DNA of 64,000 nucleotides from a virus: IMG/VR virus record IMGVR_UViG_3300030616_000016, positions 70,561 to 134,560 of that record; one strand, 5' to 3'. Shown piece by piece: positions 57,440 to 64,000 of this stretch (position 1 is its first letter; each line of letters starts with the position of its first letter). The notes under the pieces were generated by a model. It saw only the letters and a program-made list of their open reading frames with translations, ran no database searches and was not told where the DNA came from. The position numbers and the translations under genes were made by a program.

Positions 57440-57669
57440 ATTCTTCTATCTTATTTTCTACAGGCCCGATTTTATTACCTAATATGATTCCAGCTGCAAA
57501 ACATTTTGCACATATAATACCTACATCCAAGTTACCTTGTGATCCATGTAGCTTGGAATAATTACTTTGATTTATTTCATGATGTGTTATTGTTAATCTT
57601 GATTTGCCTTCAGTTCTAACTAAATAAACATATGTTTTATTCATTGCTTATTCCTTTCATATTTTGGCA

Positions 57670-58047
57670 TTACAAAAGCATTGCGATTTCTTGAATAATA
57701 AATAGTTTGGGAGCAACGCATATTTTAACTAAGCATATTGTATTACAAATTATAAATGGTATAGAAACCAATCCGCAAGTAATTCCTGCTACCCAATAAA
57801 ACACTTCTTTATTATCGCAAGAATCAAACTCCTTGGTAATCAAGCAGTAAAAACAATAAATAGCTGTTGTCAATAATATAATGCCTGCTGTAACTCCAAT
57901 TATAGACAACCAGAAATTATACCTTAGGAGCTGATTGACTATATCTGGAGCCTGAGAAATAGCAAAATCCTTGGTTTTGACTATTGATTCCAGAATTTCC
58001 TTGACTAACGACATTGATTCTTTCTCCATATTAAATTTCCTTTCCAA
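57670..58047 (-). CDS. small membrane protein (2-3 TM helices)
   Basis: hydrophobic segments. Confidence 0.4.
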   Translation of the reverse strand: MERKFNMEKESMSLVKEILESIVKTKDFAISQAPDIVNQLLRYNFWLSIIGVTAGIILLTTAIYCFYCLITKEFDSCDNKEVFYWVAGITCGLVSIPFIICNTICLVKICVAPKLFIIQEIAMLL

Positions 58048-58073
58048 TAAGGGTTAAATTGGCCTAATTCTTT

Positions 58074-58403
58074 TCACGATTGTTCACTTCCGCAGTTTGT
58101 GCATGTAGTACCACTAAGATTTGTATAGCCACAATATTTACAACTGGCTGTTTCTACAACACTACTGTATGTCCAATAGTATCCTCCTGCAGATATGCAT
58201 ACCAATAAGTATTCGTCTATCTTTGATGCACTTGTTTTTATAGTATCAATTATAAATGGAATGTTAAGCGGCGGCTGCATGGTCTCAGATAAGGAGTAAT
58301 GGTCGTGCTGTGTTCCAAAACTTGGATATTCATTAGGTGTATGCCTTCTAATAACACACTTGGTTTTATTCTCCTTGGCTATTTGAAGCTCTTGAATTGT
58401 CAT
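58074..58403 (-). CDS. zinc-ribbon paralog family member (SCKYCGYTNLSGTTCTNCGSEQS)
   Basis: family signature; N-terminal MTIQELQIAKEN. Confidence 0.5.
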   Translation of the reverse strand: MTIQELQIAKENKTKCVIRRHTPNEYPSFGTQHDHYSLSETMQPPLNIPFIIDTIKTSASKIDEYLLVCISAGGYYWTYSSVVETASCKYCGYTNLSGTTCTNCGSEQS

Positions 58404-58476
58404 TTGATATTATCCTAACCATGGTAATATTCTTCAAGTTCTTCTACGAACTCATGCAATTCTTTAAAGACTGTTT

Positions 58477-58740
58477 CTACGCATTTGAGACTATGCCATC
58501 CGGCTTCTTTCCACTTTTGCAATTTCCTCTGTTGTAATATCCACTGTTGTTTTTCTCATCTACAGCCACTTTAATATCCTCCTTTGACAGATTTTTAACA
58601 AGTTTTATTTTATTTGTACACGCCTTATCCGAACATACTATACGGTCATTGTCAAATCCACATCCGTACACTGGCAACATGATTTCACCACAAATATCAC
58701 ACTTGATCTGCACCTCAATAGCCCTTATAAATTGGTTCAT
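58477..58740 (-). CDS. small zinc-binding protein (87 aa)
   Basis: CDICG...CSDKAC. Confidence 0.4.
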   Translation of the reverse strand: MNQFIRAIEVQIKCDICGEIMLPVYGCGFDNDRIVCSDKACTNKIKLVKNLSKEDIKVAVDEKNNSGYYNRGNCKSGKKPDGIVSNA

Positions 58741-59105
58741 TGTTCACCGTCCTTCAATAATTCCGGGTTCTCGTGGATGTTGCCGATAATTTTGCCACTT
58801 GTGGCACCATAAAAAATTTGCCCGTCTTCGGTTTCAATATAAAAAGTTCCTCCCATCCATTTAACTACACCAATGAGGACGATTTCGAGATCGTATTTTA
58901 TAATATCACCTTGATAAACATCTTTGTCATCCCTGTCTTTAATATCGGTGAAGAACTCAGCAATACAGCCCTTTGCCAGCCTCTGAAAATAAGTGTGTCT
59001 AAGGTCAGCAACACAAAGCTCGCCGTTTGGGTTGAGGTAATATTCATCTTCGTCATGGTCATACTTGCCTTCGTTTTCATTCCATACCCTGAATTTACCA
59101 GTCAT
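58737..59105 (-). CDS. YopX-family phage protein
   Basis: KFRVWNENEGKY ... GDIIKYD ... GVVKW ... IGNIHENPELL (YopX C-terminal signature). Confidence 0.6.
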   Translation of the reverse strand: MTGKFRVWNENEGKYDHDEDEYYLNPNGELCVADLRHTYFQRLAKGCIAEFFTDIKDRDDKDVYQGDIIKYDLEIVLIGVVKWMGGTFYIETEDGQIFYGATSGKIIGNIHENPELLKDGEQ

Positions 59106-59153
59106 TGTTCTCCGTCCTCCTGTTCTGGTTCTGGTTCCGGTCCACCGTCTGGA

Positions 59154-59615
59154 CTATTGCTCTGATCCCACCACCTCAAACCACCGACACCGATATTTAT
59201 TTCCAGCTTGATGAATTTCAGATAATTTAGTTCGTACTTTAATAATCTCTACCTTATTGACACTGTATTCTTTCGCATGTCGCAAAGTGGGCCATAAATA
59301 TAAGCCGGGATGACATTCTGTGGTGCATACTGAGAAAAAATCAGCCGAGTAAAACCGACCATCTCTATATTTATCAATATGCCCAGCTTCCCGAGTTCGA
59401 TAACCAATAGCATAACCTTCGTCAATTTCGGGCCAGTCCGTTGGCGTGTTTAATGTCGCGTTCGGATCTAAAACGGTGTTCGACAAATTGGCTCCGGACA
59501 GATTAGCTCCGGACAGGTTGGCTCTGTACAGATTAGCTCCGGACAAATAGGCTCCGGACAAAGATGTCCCTTCGATCTCTTTTAACAATATTCCATCTTT
59601 ATTTTTGATTTTCAT
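59154..59615 (-). CDS. pentapeptide-repeat protein (Qnr/MfpA-like DNA-mimic fold) with a C-terminal globular domain
   Basis: GAYLSGANLYRANLSGANLSGANLSNTVL, encoded by 15-bp tandem DNA repeats at about 59467-59560. Confidence 0.7.
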   Translation of the reverse strand: MKIKNKDGILLKEIEGTSLSGAYLSGANLYRANLSGANLSGANLSNTVLDPNATLNTPTDWPEIDEGYAIGYRTREAGHIDKYRDGRFYSADFFSVCTTECHPGLYLWPTLRHAKEYSVNKVEIIKVRTKLSEIHQAGNKYRCRWFEVVGSEQ

Positions 59616-59835
59616 TTTTTATCTCCATCAGCCACTGCCTTTCCCGATAATAATCGTCCCATCTTTCCTTCCAATACGCATCGTTCTCTTTCCTGCAATC
59701 CGGGCAGAGTGTAACCCAATTTTTCTCTTCATCAGTAAAAAGCGTGTTCTGTCTATATCTTTCAGCGTCATTTGCACCGCACGCTTGACATTTATTCTCT
59801 TTTTTAATATCCTTTAACTGAGATTCTGTTTTCAT
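59599..59835 (-). CDS. small zinc-ribbon protein (78 aa)
   Basis: CQACG...CPDC. Confidence 0.4.
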   Translation of the reverse strand: MKTESQLKDIKKENKCQACGANDAERYRQNTLFTDEEKNWVTLCPDCRKENDAYWKERWDDYYRERQWLMEIKNENQK

Positions 59836-60335
59836 TGTTCACCGTCCTTCCAGACGATGCCGACGATTTTGGCACGCTTAATTTTTTTGTAATCTAAATG
59901 GTATAACGAATTGTACCAGCCGCCGCTGTTTGCCCCAAACCAGCCATGAGTAGTGCTTATTATATAATTATCAGGACGGCCCGGTTCCACCTGTAGCAGG
60001 CCGAGGCATTGGTTGAGATCCATGAGTTTGGATTCTGTTTTTAAAAGACCGTATATTTTATATAGTCTTTTAGTTCCAAATCTTTCTTTGTGACGTTTTT
60101 TCTCCGGCTCAATTAATCTGTACCCCTCTGGCAACTGGTAAATAGGCTTCTCTGGCTCTAGCTCTTTGAGTTCCAAGCCGATTTCTTCTGGGTCGGTGTA
60201 TCCCATTGGGCTGTTATAACCACAACAACATACTATATAGTTTGACATTGTACTTAGTGTAAGTTTATGGCCAAGCGAGGTTGCTGCTTTGTTTATCACA
60301 TTCTCATACGGACATTTATAATCTTCAATCTTCAT
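59832..60335 (-). CDS. hypothetical protein (167 aa)
   Basis: minus-strand ORF. Confidence 0.45.
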   Translation of the reverse strand: MKIEDYKCPYENVINKAATSLGHKLTLSTMSNYIVCCCGYNSPMGYTDPEEIGLELKELEPEKPIYQLPEGYRLIEPEKKRHKERFGTKRLYKIYGLLKTESKLMDLNQCLGLLQVEPGRPDNYIISTTHGWFGANSGGWYNSLYHLDYKKIKRAKIVGIVWKDGEQ

Positions 60336-60634
60336 TCACCATCCTCCTGTGGTTTGATAGTTATTTTGCCATCTAAACAAAAGTGTTTGCAGTTTTTTCT
60401 TCTACCTTTTATTGATTTACATAGTATATTTTTATATGCGTAGCAAACTGCAAAATAAGAAATATTCCACGCTGAAATACCCCATGCTGAAATGTCCCAT
60501 GCTGAAATATTCTCTGCTGAAATATTTCTTGCTGAAATATCCCCTGCTGAAATACTAAAACTAATATCAATGTCACAGCATATGCACACATCATCATCAA
60601 TAACAGCAGTATTAGTTTTATCAACGTATTTCAA
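60332..60634 (-). CDS. hypothetical Cys-rich protein containing ISAW/ISAR pentad repeats
   Basis: Encoded over six to seven 15-bp tandem repeats (TGCTGAAATAT...). The reading frame is ambiguous: 60409-60624 is open in another frame. Confidence 0.35.
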   Translation of the reverse strand: MKYVDKTNTAVIDDDVCICCDIDISFSISAGDISARNISAENISAWDISAWGISAWNISYFAVCYAYKNILCKSIKGRRKNCKHFCLDGKITIKPQEDGE

Positions 60635-60681
60635 TAACTCTTCCTGTTTTTTATTATAATCATTCTCCGTCCTCCTCTGGT

Positions 60682-61008
60682 TCAGTCAATAACGTTTCGT
60701 ATTTCATTTTCAAATGGATCGACCTCACGTACAATTCCGATTTTATATTTGCCGGGCGATAGTGTTACTGGTCCATGCTCCTGATGCATAACGATTGCCT
60801 CTTTATCAACATAGCAATAGTGTTCGCCAGTGGCATCTTCCATTAGCATAACTCCGTCTGCAACACACGAATGATGGTGCCCTGTGACTTTTCCTTCAGC
60901 AAAAGTAACAAGTCCTTTTCGTGTGTTTTTTACCGGCTTTAAATTCGCAGGTATGCTATCAACTTCCTTAAACAGTACATCTCCCTGCTGTATTAAACGT
61001 TTCTCCAT
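60682..61008 (-). CDS. hypothetical protein (108 aa)
   Basis: minus-strand ORF. Confidence 0.45.
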   Translation of the reverse strand: MEKRLIQQGDVLFKEVDSIPANLKPVKNTRKGLVTFAEGKVTGHHHSCVADGVMLMEDATGEHYCYVDKEAIVMHQEHGPVTLSPGKYKIGIVREVDPFENEIRNVID

Positions 61009-61019
61009 TATTTAAACTC

Positions 61020-62240
61020 CTATGTCAATTGTTCTGGAATAAGCTCGCTTTGATTTCTCCAATTTAGAGCTTGTTCCACTGTTTTGATATTTTGTGGTAC
61101 GCATTCCATGTGCCATGTACCAATGCTTGGATTTAGCATTTTAAGATAAGGCCATTTGCCGGTCTCACCCTTCAGATCTACTACAACCAATTCATAATCT
61201 CCTTGCGTGTCCAGTGATTCAGCGCCCGTAGATTTGACAATTCGTTCTATACCTACCTTTCTTATAAACTCCCTACGGACTTCTGCATTATCAAGTTCTG
61301 CGAATTTAGCAGGGTCAATGTCATGCTCATTCGTTTCTGCTAACCACTGCGGAACTCGTACATTATTCAAATGCCACAGTCCCCAACCGTCCGCAAATTT
61401 TACAGACATTCCTCCATCTTTATGCAGATGACTGGCTTTCCAGTTTATTTCGATTGGATTCCGACTTACAATAGCAACATTTTTATACAGTGCGCTTGAG
61501 GATATTTTTCTGTTGTAATTTAGAAATATATCATATTTTTCTTTCTCATATTTAACGCCTATATATTTCCCAAACTCGTAAACTCCGCACCAATCATTCC
61601 ACCATATGTTTATATACTGCTCGGTTTTTAATTTGTTGGCACTAAGCCTGTCACGAAGGCTGTCACGAAGGCTGTCACGAAGGCTGGCATCAAGACTGTT
61701 ACGAAGACCGGCACTAAGACTATCATAAAAACTATTATGAAGACTGTCATAAAGACTGTTACGAATATTGTCATGAAGGCTGTTACGAAGACTTTTATGA
61801 AGACTGGCATAAAGACTGTCATAAAGACTGGCATAAAGTTTGTCATAAAGATTGTCATGGAGACTGTTACGAAGACTTTTACGAAGACTTTTACGAAGAC
61901 TGGCATCAAGACTGTAATAAAGACTGTCATAAAGACTGGTATAAAGTTTGTCATAAAGATTGTCATGGAGACTGTTACGAAGACTTTTATGAAGATTGTC
62001 ATGAAGATTGTTATGAAGATTGTCACTAAGCAAATGTTCTGTTAGTGCTGTTGTTAATGGGCTATCACAGATTATAATTTTAATGGCATTATCTGCACCA
62101 GTCATTTTTACAATAGGCAATACTGCGTGTTTAATTTCTTCATCACTGTATTGCGCCGATATGAGGTTTAAACAGCGATTTATATGTCTTGGTATCATTT
62201 TTTCTTGTTCTTTTGTTAAACTCATAATTTCCTCTTTCAT
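61020..62240 (-). CDS. protein with a central array of about 30 tetrapeptide repeats ([SNK]L[YHR]D) and a conserved C-terminal domain of about 200 aa
   Basis: Repeats are encoded by 12-bp tandem units at 61637-62025. The C-terminal coding sequence is duplicated at 63909-64000. Confidence 0.55.
   Translation of the reverse strand: MKEEIMSLTKEQEKMIPRHINRCLNLISAQYSDEEIKHAVLPIVKMTGADNAIKIIICDSPLTTALTEHLLSDNLHNNLHDNLHKSLRNSLHDNLYDKLYTSLYDSLYYSLDASLRKSLRKSLRNSLHDNLYDKLYASLYDSLYASLHKSLRNSLHDNIRNSLYDSLHNSFYDSLSAGLRNSLDASLRDSLRDSLRDRLSANKLKTEQYINIWWNDWCGVYEFGKYIGVKYEKEKYDIFLNYNRKISSSALYKNVAIVSRNPIEINWKASHLHKDGGMSVKFADGWGLWHLNNVRVPQWLAETNEHDIDPAKFAELDNAEVRREFIRKVGIERIVKSTGAESLDTQGDYELVVVDLKGETGKWPYLKMLNPSIGTWHMECVPQNIKTVEQALNWRNQSELIPEQLT
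61637..62025. repeat. 12-bp minisatellite (about 32 units, consensus AGACTGTCATAA/AGACTGTTACGA) inside a coding sequence
   Basis: seen directly. Confidence 0.8.
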
Positions 62241-62512
62241 TCTGCGTCCTCCTGTTCTGGTTCTGGTCTTGTTACTTTAAATCCCATGTTTTCAACTTCA
62301 TCCAAAGTATAAGCATCCTTCCGTGGTTCTTTATATTTTCTGCTTAATTCTATCCATTTATTACAACTTGGACAACGGCTATACATGTTCCTGATTTCTG
62401 TAGGGTCAACCTTATTCAGCATGCACTCTCCATCTTTGCTTTGAAATGAATCAACAGTGGTTCCACAAAAAGGGCAATACATTTCAAAGTTTACATAGTC
62501 ATACATTCCCAT
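62237..62512 (-). CDS. small zinc-ribbon protein (YCPFCG...CPSCNKW)
   Basis: CxxCG pairs. Confidence 0.4.
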   Translation of the reverse strand: MGMYDYVNFEMYCPFCGTTVDSFQSKDGECMLNKVDPTEIRNMYSRCPSCNKWIELSRKYKEPRKDAYTLDEVENMGFKVTRPEPEQEDAE

Positions 62513-62730
62513 TCTACGTCCTCCTCAATTATTTTTTGAAGACTTTTGAAATCTGACTTTAAGTCAAAAATTGCTTTTATCATCCATCCTATCGATGTTA
62601 GTATAAATGTGATAAAGCAATAGAAAACTATATCCATTTGGTATTCTCCTGTATGTGTATCCGGCCATTTATTAGGCCAAAATGGCCTGATTGATAATTA
62701 AGTTTGTTCGATAGGCGCCGCTTAACCGCT

Positions 62731-62781
62731 TATCAAGGTGCATTCGTAAGACCCCTGGCTTTAGGCGTGGGGTAATGTCAC
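62731..62781 (+). mobile_element. Minimal (about 51-bp) IS605-family end remnant: LE start (TTATCAAGGTGCATTCGTAAGACCCCTGGCTTTA) fused directly to the RE terminus (GGCGTGGGGTAATGTCAC)
   Basis: Identical strings to the ends of the elements at 21866-23167 and 33634-33883. It supplies the last 6 codons and the stop of ORF 62761-63024. Confidence 0.55.
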
Positions 62782-63024
62782 TTCTAAATCTAGTTCATAT
62801 TTAATTGTTTTTACTAGATCATTAATTAATTCTGGACGTGTAGCCATAGTTTCTACATTCCAATTTCTGTTGATGTATTGTGGTTTACATCTTAAATTAA
62901 AATTTCCTCCAATATCAGAGATAGATTCAATTATAGCTTTGATTCTTTCAGGAGTTAAACCAGCATTATGATAGTCTTCAAAACTCAAATGGATTATTGT
63001 TGTTGTATAATAATTAAGTTTCAT
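62761..63024 (-). CDS. hypothetical protein (87 aa); the C-terminal LEVTLPHA and the stop are encoded by the IS remnant
   Basis: minus-strand ORF. Confidence 0.4.
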   Translation of the reverse strand: MKLNYYTTTIIHLSFEDYHNAGLTPERIKAIIESISDIGGNFNLRCKPQYINRNWNVETMATRPELINDLVKTIKYELDLEVTLPHA

Positions 63025-63274
63025 TGTTCAATTCCTTTAGTTTAGCTTTCCATTGTTTTTCTGAATACCATTTGCCATCGAGACACCAAGCCTTATCTCC
63101 ACTAGCCCACTCAATTGAAGGTCCATCTTCTCTGTGATATTTGTCATTAATACACCAATACTTACTTCCATTGAAACCCTCAATTGCTGGAGCACCTTTT
63201 CGATGTAAGATTTTGTTTTTATCATAATGATCAAGAATGCTACCATCTTTATAATAGAATTTACTTCTTCTCAC
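63014..63274 (-). CDS. MORN-like repeat protein (two HREDGP(A/S)IEW..G(S/D)K.W repeats)
   Basis: LHRKGAPAIEGFNGSKYW and YHREDGPSIEWASGDKAWCLDGKWY. Confidence 0.4.
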   Translation of the reverse strand: MRRSKFYYKDGSILDHYDKNKILHRKGAPAIEGFNGSKYWCINDKYHREDGPSIEWASGDKAWCLDGKWYSEKQWKAKLKELNNET

Positions 63275-63318
63275 GTTTAGCCCTTTCTCTTATTAAATAA
63301 TTAATCTATTTTCAATAT

Positions 63319-63792
63319 TTAAGTGGTTTGTAACTCGGCAATAAGTAATGTGTTTCGTAAGATACTGCGCACGCTCTCAAAACTAAGATACAAATCGCTG
63401 TAGCAATCATTACATGACTCATATGGATAGTTATTGTATATATTATCACTCCCACAAAATGGACATGTTAATTTATATAAACTATCAGATACACATTTGT
63501 TAATATTGAATGTGAATAATTTTAATGTTAGTGCGTTGCCTTCATCGAGCGGGACTTTGAACAATAAACTATAGGTACATATATTGTCACTCCCCTTTTT
63601 TCCTATACTTTCTAGATAAAGCGGCAATTTTCTTTGTTGGCCTATGTTAAGTTCTTGAGATACAACAGTCTCCTCCTCATCTGTCATATGGAACCTATAG
63701 TTAGTCGTTTGAGTCTCGTTAAGTGTATATGGGTTAGCAATATAAATAAGCGGCCATTTCTCTTTCATAGCCTTAAGTAAGTTCAATTCCAT
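63319..63792 (-). CDS. hypothetical protein with C-terminal CPFCGSDNIY...CNDC zinc ribbon (family-like)
   Basis: CxxCG signature. Confidence 0.45.
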   Translation of the reverse strand: MELNLLKAMKEKWPLIYIANPYTLNETQTTNYRFHMTDEEETVVSQELNIGQQRKLPLYLESIGKKGSDNICTYSLLFKVPLDEGNALTLKLFTFNINKCVSDSLYKLTCPFCGSDNIYNNYPYESCNDCYSDLYLSFESVRSILRNTLLIAELQTT

Positions 63793-63908
63793 ATTTGATT
63801 GCTCCTTCTTGCCATCAATGTTGTTTTATACATTGATTATATTAGTCACGAACCATGTTAATTTCTTTTTTGAATGGATCTACTTCTCTTACAATGTCTA
63901 TCTTTTCT

Positions 63909-64000
63909 CCATTGTTTGACTCCTATGTCAATTGTTCTGGAATAAGCTCGCTCCGATTTCTCCAATTTAGAGCTTGCCGCACTGTTTTGATATTTTGTGG
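63909..64000 (-). CDS. 3' end of a paralog of the 61020-62240 gene (partial; runs out of the window)
   Basis: About 80 nt are near-identical to 61018-61095 (GACTCCTATGTCAATTGTTCTGGAATAAGCTCGCT...). Confidence 0.4.

Noticed and set aside
60409-60624. Alternative frame (QQGIFQQEIF...) over the 15-bp repeats
   Set aside because: Same repeat artefact. Neither frame is certain; only one CDS is reported, at low confidence.
61628-62045. Alternative-frame ORFs MTIFITIF... (minus) and MKTVIKTV... (plus) over the 12-bp repeats
   Set aside because: These are artefacts of the tandem repeat being open in several frames. The frame continuous with the conserved N- and C-terminal domains (61020-62240) is preferred.
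1-64000. Integrase, repressor or attachment sites (prophage signature), and structural or lysis genes
   Set aside because: No tyrosine or serine recombinase, terminase, capsid, tail or endolysin motifs were recognised in this window. The region appears to be a replication/recombination arm plus an accessory arm of a larger virulent-type genome.

Overview
This 64-kb window is AT-rich (about 33% GC) and almost every credible gene lies on the minus strand, so most plus-strand ORFs in the track are shadow frames. The content looks like a large, probably jumbo, virulent-type phage of a low-GC Gram-positive host. Shine-Dalgarno sites such as AGGAGG and AAGGAG are visible, and a ComGC-like pseudopilin is encoded. 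No integrase and no canonical tRNA could be supported.

Recognisable DNA-metabolism genes:
- a RecA-family recombinase whose stop overlaps the start of a free-standing reverse transcriptase
- UvrD-like SF1 helicase
- SF2 DEAH helicase
- family-4 uracil-DNA glycosylase
- HD hydrolase
- ATP-dependent ligase-like nucleotidyltransferase
- split multisubunit RNA polymerase beta and beta' fragments

Accessory content:
- an IS200/IS605-family tnpB-only element, two miniature LE+RE derivatives, and two tnpB 3' remnants
- two degenerate ~33-bp tandem-repeat arrays that flank a small cassette
- a vWA / PP2C phosphatase / Ser-Thr kinase triad with an SPFH protein, an S41 protease, and a nicotinamidase-like hydrolase
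- a nicotinate phosphoribosyltransferase
- a pentapeptide-repeat protein and a YopX protein
- a ComGC-like pseudopilin
- a LuxR-type HTH protein
- an expanded family of about ten small proteins sharing a C-terminal CxxCG-x(6-9)-CxNCG zinc ribbon

The most striking system is a phage-encoded ubiquitin-like conjugation set. A ThiS/MoaD-type beta-grasp protein ends in Gly-Gly-Lys, and its gene is anomalously GC-rich (about 55%) with a perfect AAGGAG ribosome-binding site. Immediately downstream is a protein with a C-terminal UBC/E2-like HPH...C active site. Next is a JAMM/MPN metalloprotease fused to a zinc ribbon. A ThiF/MoeB E1-like enzyme lies about 4 kb upstream. Together these resemble the bacterial Bil/BUBL antiviral ubiquitination operons, but here they are carried by the phage.
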